A model generated the notes under the pieces. It was not told the origin of the DNA and ran no database searches. It saw only the letters and a program-made list of their open reading frames with translations. A stretch of DNA of 64,000 bases from Bacteroidota bacterium. Its GTDB lineage: Bacteria > Bacteroidota > Bacteroidia > Flavobacteriales_F > PHOS-HE28. Each line of letters starts with the position of its first letter. Position 1 is the stretch's first letter. The position numbers were made by a program, and so were the translations under genes. Positions 41,964 through 51,802 of the stretch are shown here, in pieces. The DNA is taken from the NCBI GenBank assembly GCA_014584605.1, contig JACTMO010000066.1, positions 42,923 through 106,922 of the forward strand, written 5' to 3'.

Positions 41964-44900
41964 ATGCTCCAGGTGCTGCACAGCTCGGCCGGCTCGGGCA
42001 AGACCCACGCCCTGGTGAAGCGCTATCTGCTGCTGGCCCTCCGGCCTGAAAGGCGCACGGCCTACCGCAGCATCCTCGCCCTCACCTTCACCAACAAGGC
42101 CGCCGGCGAGATGAAGGAGCGCGTGCTGCACTACCTGCGCATGCTGGCCGATCGTGCCCATGACGACCCGCGCATCGCCGACCTGCTCGAAGCGCTCCAC
42201 ACCGAACACGGCATGGACCCCGATGCCGCCGTGATCCAGGCCGACGCCGTGCTGCACCACATGCTGCATCACTGGTCCGACCTGTCCATCACCACCATCG
42301 ACGCCTTCGTGCGCCGACTGGTGCGCCCCTTCGCACGCGACCTGCAACTGGACCAGGAACTGCGCATGACCACCGACCAGAGCTGGTACCAGGAACGCGC
42401 GGTGGACCTGCTGCTGGAAGCCGCCGGGCATGACCCCGCCCTTACCGAGGTGCTGGTGGCCGCCTGCAGCCGCCTGGTGGAGGACGAGGCCCGATGGACC
42501 CCGGCCGCGCCCTTCCGCGAGCTCGTGAAGGAGCTGAACAACGAAGAGGCGGTGCGCCACCTGGAACAGCTGTCCGCCGTGGATGCCCGGGCCCTGCTGC
42601 GCCAAGAGGACGCGCTGCGCGACGCCATCCAGGCTTTCCGCGAGGAGGCCCATACGCTGGGCCGCTCCGCGTTGGGCGCGCTTCGGAGGGCGGAAGTCGA
42701 CCTGGGGGAGCTCGCCCATGGCAAACAAGGTTTCATCAAGGTCCTGAACGACCTGGTCGCCTTCGACAAGGATCCGATCGCCGTGGGCACCAACGCCGGA
42801 AAGCCGCTGACCACCGGGGTGTGGTGGAGCGGTGAGGCCTCCAACGCCGACCGCGAGGCCCTGAAAAACCTGGCGCCGCAGCTCACCCAGGTGCTCACCA
42901 CCGTGCAAGGCTGGCAGGAACAAGGCCGGTTCACCGACCATTGGCTGCGCATCCTCATCCGTAAGGACCTGATGGCGATGGGCGCGATGAGCGCCCTGGC
43001 CGGGTCCTTGCGGAAGGCCAAGGAGGAGGACGGCGTCACCTTCTTCCAGGACCTCACCCGCGCCGTGGAACGCGTGGTGCGCGAGGAACCGGTGCCCTTC
43101 CTCTACGAGCGCCTGGGCCAGCGCTTCCAGCACTTCCTGATCGACGAGTTCCAGGACACCTCGGTGATGCAATGGCACGCCCTGCTGCCCCTGGCGGAGA
43201 ACGCACTGGCCAACGGCGGTTCGGTGCTGCTGGTGGGCGATGCCAAACAGGCCATCTACCGCTGGCGCAACGGAGAGGTCCGCCAGTTCAAGGAGCTGCC
43301 CGCGCTGCATGGGCGCGACCAGCTCGCCGACGGCGCGCGCCGCGAAGCCTTCCTGAAAAGCTCCTTCGAGCCGGTGCCCCCGCTGTGCGACAACCACCGC
43401 TCCTCGGCGACCATCGTCCAGTTCAACAACGGGCTCTTCGACCGGTTGCGCAACACGCTGCCGGAAGACCTGCGCCCGATCTACGACCAGCAGGCTCAGA
43501 CCGCGCGCAAGCCCCCCGGCGGCCTGGTGCACCTGGAGGTGATCCCCAAGGAACCCGATGGCGAGGGACCATGGAACGAACGCTGGCTGTTGCGGCACGT
43601 GGCCGACTGCCTCGCCGACGGGTTCCGCGCGGCCGATATCGCCGTGCTGGTGCGCACCGGCGCTCAGGGTGCCTGGGCGGCGGGAACCCTGAGCCGCGCC
43701 GGGCATCCCGTGATCAGCCCCGACGGGCTCAGCCCGAGCGGCGATCCGGTGGTGGACCTGCTGCTCGCCCTGCTGCGGCTGGACCATCGTGCGGACGACC
43801 GCACGGCCCTACAGGCCCTGACCGCCGGCGTGGCCGCCGGGATCCTCGCTCCGGAACTGCTCCACCCGCCCGCGAACGCTACGACCCGAACCGCGTTGGA
43901 ACGGCTGCACCGCTGCCTGCCTCCCTCCGCCCGGCCCGCCTCCACCCTGCTGGACCGCGTGCTGGGCCATGTGGAACGCTGCGGCCTCGACGCCGCCAAC
44001 GATGCCTTCCTGAACGCGCTGCTCGAAGCCGTGCGCGAGCACCAGCAGAACCACGGTCACGATCCGGCGGGGTTCCTCGAGCACTGGGCGCGCACCTACG
44101 CCAACCGCCCCATCACCGCACCCGCCGGCATGGACGCCGTGCAGGTGATGACCGTGCACAAGGCCAAGGGGCTGCAGTTCCCGGTGGTGCTCATACCGGG
44201 CACCAACATGAGCAACCCCAACAGCGCCACCAAGGTCTGGACCGCTCCCGGTGCACTGGCCCCCGATCTGCCCGCGGCCCGCATCTCTTTCAAGGGCCGC
44301 CGTGCACCTGCGATCAAAGCCGTCACCGAGGAACTGGACCTGCAGGTCCTCGATGCGCTGGACCTGCTCTATGTGGCCTTCACCCGGCCTGAGCAACGTC
44401 TGTACGCCGCCGTGCCCCTGATGCACAGCGACGCGTTGAGCAAGGGTGTGCTCGAGCATCTGAAAGCCATGGGCGGCAGCGAGGAGCAGGGCCTGATCAT
44501 CGGGGAGCGCAGCGCCGCAGCCGCCCACCAGGCCGCTGCGGAGCCCGGCTCCCTGCTGCGCACCCTGCCACCCGGCGGCGGCGTGCAGGCGATGGCGCGC
44601 GATGCGTTGCGCCCGGACGCGGCGGAGGGCCCACCCTCCCGGCGTGCGATCGGCAAGGCGCTGCACGGTCTGCTCGCCCGGGTGCGTACCGGCGCCGACC
44701 TGCACCGGGCGATGGAGGCCGCGGTGGCCTGCGGCGACCTGAACCCGGAGGATCGCGACCGCTGGAGCGCGCCGCTCGCCGCTCTGCTGGACAAGCCCGA
44801 GCTGGCCCCGTGGTTCGGTCCCGGCCTGGAGGTGCTCACCGAAGCCCCGTTGATCCTGGCCGACGGGACCACGCTACGCCCCGACCGGATCGTCCGCAAT

Positions 44901-45062
44901 GCCCAGGGTTGGGGCGTGCTCGACATCAAGACCGGCGGCCCGCACGCCGCCCAGGCCGACCAGGTGCGCGGGTACATGCAGGTGTTGCGCACCGTGACCG
45001 GAGCAGCCGTGCACGGGGCCCTGCTCCATCTGGCCACTGGCACCCTCGAGCCTGTCGCATAG
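41964..45062 (+). CDS. UvrD/Rep-type helicase fused to a C-terminal PD-(D/E)XK nuclease (AddA/RecB-like)
   Basis: Walker A in MLQVLHSSAGSGKTHALV; helicase motifs (…LTFTNKAAGEM…, …VDEFQDTS…, …VGDAKQAIYRWR…, …MTVHKAKGLQFPVV…); C-terminal nuclease (…WGVLDIKTG…). Confidence 0.8.
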   Translation: MLQVLHSSAGSGKTHALVKRYLLLALRPERRTAYRSILALTFTNKAAGEMKERVLHYLRMLADRAHDDPRIADLLEALHTEHGMDPDAAVIQADAVLHHMLHHWSDLSITTIDAFVRRLVRPFARDLQLDQELRMTTDQSWYQERAVDLLLEAAGHDPALTEVLVAACSRLVEDEARWTPAAPFRELVKELNNEEAVRHLEQLSAVDARALLRQEDALRDAIQAFREEAHTLGRSALGALRRAEVDLGELAHGKQGFIKVLNDLVAFDKDPIAVGTNAGKPLTTGVWWSGEASNADREALKNLAPQLTQVLTTVQGWQEQGRFTDHWLRILIRKDLMAMGAMSALAGSLRKAKEEDGVTFFQDLTRAVERVVREEPVPFLYERLGQRFQHFLIDEFQDTSVMQWHALLPLAENALANGGSVLLVGDAKQAIYRWRNGEVRQFKELPALHGRDQLADGARREAFLKSSFEPVPPLCDNHRSSATIVQFNNGLFDRLRNTLPEDLRPIYDQQAQTARKPPGGLVHLEVIPKEPDGEGPWNERWLLRHVADCLADGFRAADIAVLVRTGAQGAWAAGTLSRAGHPVISPDGLSPSGDPVVDLLLALLRLDHRADDRTALQALTAGVAAGILAPELLHPPANATTRTALERLHRCLPPSARPASTLLDRVLGHVERCGLDAANDAFLNALLEAVREHQQNHGHDPAGFLEHWARTYANRPITAPAGMDAVQVMTVHKAKGLQFPVVLIPGTNMSNPNSATKVWTAPGALAPDLPAARISFKGRRAPAIKAVTEELDLQVLDALDLLYVAFTRPEQRLYAAVPLMHSDALSKGVLEHLKAMGGSEEQGLIIGERSAAAAHQAAAEPGSLLRTLPPGGGVQAMARDALRPDAAEGPPSRRAIGKALHGLLARVRTGADLHRAMEAAVACGDLNPEDRDRWSAPLAALLDKPELAPWFGPGLEVLTEAPLILADGTTLRPDRIVRNAQGWGVLDIKTGGPHAAQADQVRGYMQVLRTVTGAAVHGALLHLATGTLEPVA

Positions 45063-45065
45063 CCC

Positions 45066-45518
45066 ATGGTCACCTGGCGCACCCTCCCGTTCCAGGCGCT
45101 CGACGGCAGCACGCTGTACGATGTCCTGCGGCTGCGCACCGATGTGTTCGTGGTGGAGCAGAACTGCCCCTACCCTGAGCTGGACGACCGCGACCGCTCG
45201 GCGCTGCACGTGATCGGCCGCGACGCGGACCAGCAGGTGGTGGCCTACGCCCGCATCCTTCCACCGGATGAGGAAGGCCTGCCCACCGTGGGCCGCGTGG
45301 TGGTGCGCGCCGCCCTGCGCGGCACCGGTCTGGGCCACGTGCTGATGCGCGAAGTGCTCGCCGCGCTCCGTTCCCACCATGGCAGCGTGCGGAGCAGGAT
45401 GGCCGCACAGGCCCATCTGGAAGCCTTCTACGCCGCCCACGGATACCGACGCCAGGGCGGGGTGTTCGACCTCGACGGCATCCCGCACATCGCGATGCGG
45501 CTCAGCGTACCAGGGTGA
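45066..45518 (+). CDS. GNAT-family N-acetyltransferase (ElaA-like)
   Basis: …VFVVEQNCPYPELDD…, …VGRVVVRAALRGTGLGHVLM… (acetyl-CoA binding R/Q-x-x-G-x-G/A). Confidence 0.7.
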   Translation: MVTWRTLPFQALDGSTLYDVLRLRTDVFVVEQNCPYPELDDRDRSALHVIGRDADQQVVAYARILPPDEEGLPTVGRVVVRAALRGTGLGHVLMREVLAALRSHHGSVRSRMAAQAHLEAFYAAHGYRRQGGVFDLDGIPHIAMRLSVPG

Positions 45519-47646
45519 TGATGCCCGTGTAGGCCCGGCGCTCCGGTCCATGCTCGGCCAGCCACGCCTTGTACGTGTACACACCGACCGGCAGCCCCGC
45601 ACCGTCCCACCCGGCCTTCGGGTCCTCCGTGTGGAACAGGCGCGTGCCCCAGCGATCGAAGATGGCCAGCTCATACGCACGCGCACCGATGACCACCGGG
45701 AACCACACGTCGTTCAACCCATCGCCATCGGGGGTGAAGGCGCTGGGTGCATGGAAGAGGGAACCCGTGACGATGACCCGGATCCGCGCGGTGTCCACGC
45801 AACCCAGGCCGCTGGCCACCACCTGCACCACCTCGTAGGTGCCCGCCTCCTGGAACGAGATGGTGAATTCCGGTGTGGTGAAGGTGCTGCCCGCCACGGT
45901 GTAAAGCCAGCTGTCGGCGTTCACCGAAGCGTCGTGGATGCTGACCACGGGATCGAGCACGTCCACCACCGGCGTGCTGGTGTACAGACCCGCCACGGGC
46001 AGGTCCCACACCGTCACGGCCCCGGGCCGCAAAAGGCTCACCGTATCGATGCACCCGCTGTCGGTCATCACCGTGAGGCGCACGTCGTACTGGCCTTCCA
46101 CCGTGTAGGTGTGCACCGCGAGGCTGTCGGTGCTTCCAGCGCCATCGCCCAGGTCCCAGGCGAAGCGCATCGGGGTCCAAGCCGTGCTGAGGTTGTCGAA
46201 GCGCACCTCCAGCGGCAGGCAGCCCATGGTGTCGGTGGTGAAGAGCGGCACCGGAGGTGGGAACACCCGCACCGTATCGGTGTAACTGTCGGTGCAGCCG
46301 TGGTCGGAGACGGTGACGGTGACCACCTGGGTGCCCGGCTGGACGAAATGGGCGGCGATGGTCTGCCCGCTCAACTGCTGGGGGACCGCACCGGCCCCGA
46401 GGTCCCACTGTGCGGGCGCCTGCGGGGTGAAGTTGCCGGTGACCTCCAGGGGCACGGGACCGGCGCCGAGGCATTGGATGGGCGGCGGCACGAACACAGG
46501 GTCCAGCGGCGGATGGACCTGGAAGCTCGCGAAGCTGGTGTCCGCGCAAGGCCAGCCGGGGTTCACCACCAGCATCACGGTGAAGGTGCCGGTGTCGCCG
46601 TACGTGTGAACGGGGGCGAACAAGCTGCTGGTGTCGGTGTTGCTGTTGGGGTCCCCGAAGTCCCAGAAATAGCTGTTTCCGCCGATGCTCTGGTTCATCA
46701 GGTCCACCTGGTAGCCGTCGCAGAAGGTCTGCTGTTGCTGAATGGAACTGAGGATGGTGACCATGCACGGCACGGCGTCGAAACGGAGGTCACGCCGCAC
46801 CTCGCTCAACAGCACGCCCGCCCGGTACTCCTTCACGCACACCCCCACCACGTAGCTGCCCGCCTGGGTCGGTGTCACCGTCAACATCCCGCTCACGGGG
46901 TCGATGGCCAGCGGGGGGCTGGCATCCATCTGATAGGTCTGCGAATAGCCCGGGGCCCAGAGCACCGGCGTGTACGGCGGACCGGTGGGCGGCGATGGGG
47001 CCGGGTTGAACGGATCGCCACCGGTGTACGGCGTGCAGAGCTCATACACCAACTGGTCGCCATCCGGGTCCGTCGCCGAATGGTCGAAGCTCATGTTCTG
47101 CCCCACGCACAGGGCGATGGGCGGATACGCGTTGAACACCGGGCTGGAATTGGCCCCGGTCTGGTTGACGTTGGGCACGGCCACCGTGCAGGTGAGGCCC
47201 TCATCGCCCGGGTTGGCCAGGTTGAGGATGGTGGGCGTACGGCAGCAGCGCTGATAGCTCACCACGTAGCCGCCGGGGATGGGCGGCAGGTCCAGCACGG
47301 CGCTGTACGCGGCCTCCTCCACGCAGATGGTGGGCGGTGCCGTGAGGCAGGGGTTGTTGAGCACCACCGGCACGGGCGTGGCACCGGGGAAGGTGGCGTT
47401 CTGGGAGAACAGGTAGGTGCCTGAAGCATCGAAGACACCCAGCTCGGCCTGCAGGTCGAAGCCCGTGCCGTTCACGTTCCCGGGGCCGCAGTCGCGGTAG
47501 AGCGTCAGGGTGAACAGGTAGCTGTCCCCGCCCTGGTGCGCGTAATGAAGCTCGCCACCGAGGATGTGCGTGGCCAGGGCCGCGAAGGGCTTCAGCACGA
47601 TCCCGATCAGGAGAAGCACGCGCATCATCCGAGGGAATGACGACAA
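45502..47646 (-). CDS. Secreted PKD-repeat protein with a gliding-motility 'type B' T9SS C-terminal domain
   Basis: Signal peptide MSSFPRMMRVLLLIGIVLKPFAALA; PKD-like repeats; C-terminus …FTPDGDGLNDVWFPV…FDRWGTRLFH…GWDGAG…GVYTYKAWL…GIITLVR. Confidence 0.75.
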   Translation of the reverse strand: MSSFPRMMRVLLLIGIVLKPFAALATHILGGELHYAHQGGDSYLFTLTLYRDCGPGNVNGTGFDLQAELGVFDASGTYLFSQNATFPGATPVPVVLNNPCLTAPPTICVEEAAYSAVLDLPPIPGGYVVSYQRCCRTPTILNLANPGDEGLTCTVAVPNVNQTGANSSPVFNAYPPIALCVGQNMSFDHSATDPDGDQLVYELCTPYTGGDPFNPAPSPPTGPPYTPVLWAPGYSQTYQMDASPPLAIDPVSGMLTVTPTQAGSYVVGVCVKEYRAGVLLSEVRRDLRFDAVPCMVTILSSIQQQQTFCDGYQVDLMNQSIGGNSYFWDFGDPNSNTDTSSLFAPVHTYGDTGTFTVMLVVNPGWPCADTSFASFQVHPPLDPVFVPPPIQCLGAGPVPLEVTGNFTPQAPAQWDLGAGAVPQQLSGQTIAAHFVQPGTQVVTVTVSDHGCTDSYTDTVRVFPPPVPLFTTDTMGCLPLEVRFDNLSTAWTPMRFAWDLGDGAGSTDSLAVHTYTVEGQYDVRLTVMTDSGCIDTVSLLRPGAVTVWDLPVAGLYTSTPVVDVLDPVVSIHDASVNADSWLYTVAGSTFTTPEFTISFQEAGTYEVVQVVASGLGCVDTARIRVIVTGSLFHAPSAFTPDGDGLNDVWFPVVIGARAYELAIFDRWGTRLFHTEDPKAGWDGAGLPVGVYTYKAWLAEHGPERRAYTGIITLVR

Positions 47647-47687
47647 GGTACGGCGGTGGGTTGTTCCGCACCCCTGGCGCCGGCCGT

Positions 47688-47975
47688 TCAGCGTGCCACA
47701 CGCGCGGCCATCGCTTCGTACTCCGCGGCTGGTACCGGCACATAGGCCCCGCCCCCACCGGCGAGCATCTCCATCACCCGCAACCGCTCGGGATAGGCGC
47801 GCGCCTCCACGCTGTGCCGCACCACCCGCGTACCGATCAGCTGCAGCTCCTCGAAGCGGTCGGGCGCATCGATGCGGTAATAGTTGGTGCCGTGGGCCGA
47901 CCGCCTGTACTGGGGCAGCGCATCAGGCACACCGAGGGGTTCGTTCACGCCGCTAATTTGCACGCCCCATGGCAT
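47688..47975 (-). CDS. Small hypothetical ORF (95 aa) in a divergent promoter region
   Basis: MPWGVQISGVNEPLGVPDALPQYRR… has acceptable composition but no recognisable domain. It may not be expressed. Confidence 0.25.
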   Translation of the reverse strand: MPWGVQISGVNEPLGVPDALPQYRRSAHGTNYYRIDAPDRFEELQLIGTRVVRHSVEARAYPERLRVMEMLAGGGGAYVPVPAAEYEAMAARVAR

Positions 47976-50665
47976 TCCTGCACCTCCTGGCCGAGCAACT
48001 GCACCACCATCACGGCGCCGATACGGCCCGGGTGGCCGTGGTGCTGCCCAGCCGGCGCGCAGGCCTGCACCTGCGGCGCCATCTGGCCCAGGTGCATGGC
48101 GGCCCGTTGTGGAGCCCCGACCTGCTCACGCCCGACGGCTTCCTGGAACGCCTCTCCGGCCTGCGTGAGCAACCCGCCCACCTCACCCTGCTCGAACTGC
48201 ACGCCATGCACCGCGCCCTGAAAGGACCCGCTGCGGACGACCTCCACCACTTCCTGGCCTGGGCCCCCACGGCCCTGCACGACATGAACGAAGTGGACGA
48301 GCATCTGCTCGACCCCGAACTGGCCTATCGCGACCTGCGGCACATTGAGGAGATCGATGCGTGGAGCTACCGGGGCGGCAGCCTGAGCGAGGGCCAGCAG
48401 CGCCTTGCACACCACTGGGCGCACCACGCGGCCCTGCATCGCGGACTTGCCGACCGACTGCTGCCCCGGGCCGTGGGCACCCGCGGCCTCCTTGCGCGCC
48501 GTGCGGCCGCCGTGGTGGCGGATGCCGCCGCTCCGCTTCCCTGGACCGCGGTCTGGTTCGCCGGCCTGAACGTGCTGTCGCCCGCCATGCAACGTGTGAT
48601 GGACGTCCTGCGGGAACGCGGCCTCGCCCATTTCGCTTGGGACGCCGACACCCATTACCTGAACGACCCGCTCCAGGAGGCGGGCCGCGCCCTGCGCAAG
48701 GCCATCGACCGCCACGGACCGGGCGTGCTGCCCTTCAGCACACGCATCGCCACCGACCCGCCCCGCATGCACACCATCGCCGCACCCAACACCATGGCCA
48801 TGGTGCATGCGGCCGTGCAACAGGTGATGGACCTCACGGAGGACGAGCGTGCCCGCACCTGCGTGCTGCTGGCCGATGAGGACACGCTGCTGCCCTTCCT
48901 GAGCCTGCTGCCCGCTTGTGGGCCCGTGAACATCACCATGAGCATCGCCCTGCCGCAGCTGCCGCTCCATGGCTTGTTCCAACGGCATGCCCGCCTGCGC
49001 GCCGATGCCGACCCGCGTGGTTCCCGGCTTCACGACCTGCTCGCCTTCCTGGACCACCCGGTGTGGGCGCGGGCGGATGGCTTCGATGAACTGCGCGACC
49101 GCGTCGCCCGGGCGCGGCAGGGACGCATGCGCAGCGAGGTGTTGCTGGACGAACTGCAGGGCCCGCTGGCCGATGCCCTTCGCCGGGCCCTCGCCACAAC
49201 GGGGATCGACGGCGTCCGGGCCCGCGACGCCTTGGTCGAGGCCGTCACCGCGGCCCAGGACGACCCCTTCGTTCTGGAGCAGGCCCACCGCATCGCGCAC
49301 GTGCTGGACCAGCTGGCCGCCGCCCTGGCCTGGAGCGGCGACACACCCGCGGAGGCCGGCGCCCTGGGCCTGCTGGACCGCCTGCTGCGGCTGGCCCGTG
49401 TGGACCTGCACGGCGAACCCATGCATGGGTTGCAGGTGATGGGCATGCCGGGATCACGCGCCATCGACCACGAGCGCGTGATCGTGGTGGGCGCCAACGA
49501 GGACATGCTCCCGCGGGCCGACCCGCCGCAGAGCTTCATCCCCGCCGACCTGCGCCATGCCCTGGGGTTGCCCCTTCGCGCCGAGACCGAAGCCGTGGAG
49601 GCGCACACCTTCATGCGCCTGCTCCACCATGCCCGGGAGATCACCCTGCTGTACGTTTCCGGCAGCGATGCGGGCCGGGAGCGCAGTCGCTTCATCGCCC
49701 AGCTGGAGCACGAACTGCCCGCCCTCGTACACCGCGCCAGCCTGCGGCCCGCCATGCCCCTGCGGCCCAGGGCACCCCTGGAGATACCGCTGACCCCTGA
49801 GCTGCACCAGCGCCTGCAACGCAAGGTGGAACGCGGCCTCAGCCCCACCGCGCTGACCGACCTGATGACCTGCCCGCTCCACTTCGTGTTCCGCCACGCC
49901 TGGGACATCGCCGAAGATCCCGCCACCGGCCCGGCCCTCGCGGACAACGAAATGGGCACTCTGGTGCATGCGGCCTTCGAAGCGCTGTACAGCCCCTTCG
50001 TGGGCCGCAGCATCGACCCAGAGGCGTTGCTGGTCGGCCTCCCCGAGGTCCTGCACGGCCTGGACCGGCGACTGCCTCCCGGGCTGAACGCTGCGGAAGG
50101 CCCCGCCCTGTTGCAGGTGGGCATGGCCGTGAAGGCCATCCGCCGTGCCGTGCTGCACGAGGTCGAGGCCTTGCGCAAGGGGCAGGGCATCCACCTCGTC
50201 GGCATCGAGGCCATGCTTTCCGGCGAACTGCCCGCCGCCGCCCATGGCCAGGACCATGTGGTGCGGCTCCACGGGCGCATGGACCGCATCGACCGGCGCG
50301 ACGGGCAGGTGCATCTGGTGGACCTCAAGACCGGCCGGGTGGAGCCCGGCAAGCTCGCCCTGTCGCTGCCCGATGCGCTCACGCCGGACCACGGCCAGGC
50401 CCTGCAGTTGCTCGTCTACGCCTGGCTCTGGCTCACCAACGACCCGGCCTGTCCGGCCGTCCGTGCCGAGCTCCGCCCGCTGCGCAGCGCCAGCGGTGGC
50501 GGCGTGCCGTTGGTGCTCAATGGGTCCGAAGTGATCCGCAGGGACCAGATGCCCCTGATCCAGGAGGCGGTGGGCGGCCTGGTGCGCAGCATGTTCGAGC
50601 CCGGAAGGCTCTTCACGCACCGGGCGAAAAGCAGGTATTGCACGCTCTGCCGGGCCGAGGCCTGA
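47969..50665 (+). CDS. PD-(D/E)XK nuclease family protein with a degenerate helicase-like N-terminus (AddB-like)
   Basis: 898 aa; the C-terminal nuclease/Fe-S region has Cys in …LMTCPLHFVF… and …RYCTLCRAEA. It is the likely partner of the AddA-like gene at 41964. Confidence 0.7.
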   Translation: MAFLHLLAEQLHHHHGADTARVAVVLPSRRAGLHLRRHLAQVHGGPLWSPDLLTPDGFLERLSGLREQPAHLTLLELHAMHRALKGPAADDLHHFLAWAPTALHDMNEVDEHLLDPELAYRDLRHIEEIDAWSYRGGSLSEGQQRLAHHWAHHAALHRGLADRLLPRAVGTRGLLARRAAAVVADAAAPLPWTAVWFAGLNVLSPAMQRVMDVLRERGLAHFAWDADTHYLNDPLQEAGRALRKAIDRHGPGVLPFSTRIATDPPRMHTIAAPNTMAMVHAAVQQVMDLTEDERARTCVLLADEDTLLPFLSLLPACGPVNITMSIALPQLPLHGLFQRHARLRADADPRGSRLHDLLAFLDHPVWARADGFDELRDRVARARQGRMRSEVLLDELQGPLADALRRALATTGIDGVRARDALVEAVTAAQDDPFVLEQAHRIAHVLDQLAAALAWSGDTPAEAGALGLLDRLLRLARVDLHGEPMHGLQVMGMPGSRAIDHERVIVVGANEDMLPRADPPQSFIPADLRHALGLPLRAETEAVEAHTFMRLLHHAREITLLYVSGSDAGRERSRFIAQLEHELPALVHRASLRPAMPLRPRAPLEIPLTPELHQRLQRKVERGLSPTALTDLMTCPLHFVFRHAWDIAEDPATGPALADNEMGTLVHAAFEALYSPFVGRSIDPEALLVGLPEVLHGLDRRLPPGLNAAEGPALLQVGMAVKAIRRAVLHEVEALRKGQGIHLVGIEAMLSGELPAAAHGQDHVVRLHGRMDRIDRRDGQVHLVDLKTGRVEPGKLALSLPDALTPDHGQALQLLVYAWLWLTNDPACPAVRAELRPLRSASGGGVPLVLNGSEVIRRDQMPLIQEAVGGLVRSMFEPGRLFTHRAKSRYCTLCRAEA

Positions 50666-50669
50666 AGCA

Positions 50670-50693
50670 AGAGGGGCGCCGCAGCGCCCCTCT
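50670..50693. terminator. Bidirectional stem-loop terminator between convergent genes
   Basis: AGAGGGGCGC-cgca-GCGCCCCTCT, a perfect 10-bp stem with a 4-nt loop, lies 5 bp after the AddB-like stop and 20 bp after the stop of the minus-strand gene. Confidence 0.55.
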
Positions 50694-50713
50694 TCCGAAC
50701 GATCGTCCCACGA

Positions 50714-51496
50714 TCAACGGTACACGATCTTGTGCACGTCGATGCTGCCGTTGCGCGTGATCTTCAAGTAGTAGATGCCGTTGCTGGTGTTGCGCAGGTC
50801 CATCTCCTTGCGGTAGGTGCCCTCGAAACCGCGCAACTGCTCGGTGAAGACGCTCTGACCCAAGGTGTTCACCACCTCCACCTGGAGGTCCGACGGCGTG
50901 GCTACCAGGAAGGAGAACGTGAACTGACCGTCGTTGGGGTTGGGCAGGATGGTCACCGCCCCGTCCAGCTCGCTGGCGTTGATCGCTTTCTGGTAGATGG
51001 CCCCGGTCCGGTCAATGCCGCCGAGGGACAGATAGTAGTCCGCGTTGTTCAGCAGTTCACCCGTCCAGGCATCGTTCACCAGCTCCACGGTGGCATGGCC
51101 GGTGAAAGGGATGGTCATCACCGTGTACTCCCGGCCGGCCTCCCAGGTGGTGCCCGTGTTGCGGATGGACTCGAAACCGAAGCCCGCATACACCTGGTAG
51201 CTGTACGGACCGCTCTCATGCACCCCGCCCGAAGGGGCGATGGGGATGTAGGTGCGCGGTCCCTCGGGCTGCGCCGCATCACCCAGCTGCACCTTGGAGC
51301 TGCGGTCCCACCGGAGGGTGAAGACCACCGAACTGAAGATGCCGTCGAAATCGGCCGTGGGCCGGACGCGGACCTCCAGCTGGCCGTTGTTGGCGAAGAG
51401 GCCGATGTCCACCGGGCTCTGGGCCTGGGTCATGGCGGCGGCGCCCAGCATCAAGGCCAGGCCAGCGGAACGGAGCGTAGTCGTGCTCATGCGCAT
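50714..51496 (-). CDS. Small secreted protein with a Por-secretion (type A) C-terminal domain
   Basis: Signal peptide MRMSTTTLRSAGLALMLGAAAMTQAQS; C-terminus …NGIYYLKITRNGSIDVHKIVYR. Confidence 0.7.
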   Translation of the reverse strand: MRMSTTTLRSAGLALMLGAAAMTQAQSPVDIGLFANNGQLEVRVRPTADFDGIFSSVVFTLRWDRSSKVQLGDAAQPEGPRTYIPIAPSGGVHESGPYSYQVYAGFGFESIRNTGTTWEAGREYTVMTIPFTGHATVELVNDAWTGELLNNADYYLSLGGIDRTGAIYQKAINASELDGAVTILPNPNDGQFTFSFLVATPSDLQVEVVNTLGQSVFTEQLRGFEGTYRKEMDLRNTSNGIYYLKITRNGSIDVHKIVYR

Positions 51497-51660
51497 GGTT
51501 TGTTACGTGCGTTCGTCGCATTCACGCCCACAAATGGGCCGGAAGGACGACACGAATGTACGGTCCGGACCGGGGGGTGCGCAAGTCACCCACCCGCTTG
51601 CGGGGGCGGATCTTGCTGAGCGGGGGCGAAAACCCGACGAACCGGCCCGGCCACACCCCT

Positions 51661-51692
51661 GGAAAACCGAACAGGGGCCCGATGTGGGCCCC
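51661..51692 (-). terminator. Putative rho-independent terminator of the response-regulator gene
   Basis: On the minus strand, GGGGCCC-acatc-GGGCCCC is followed by TGTTCGGTTTTCC. It lies ~110 bp downstream of the stop at 51803. Confidence 0.35.
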
Positions 51693-51802
51693 TGCGCGGT
51701 AAACCTGCAAGGAATAGGATGGAACCAATGTCAGGGGGTGGAAGAAGGCCCCGTTGACGATAAGAAGACGCAGGCGCCGCCGAAGGGTTGCCTCCCCCCC
51801 GC

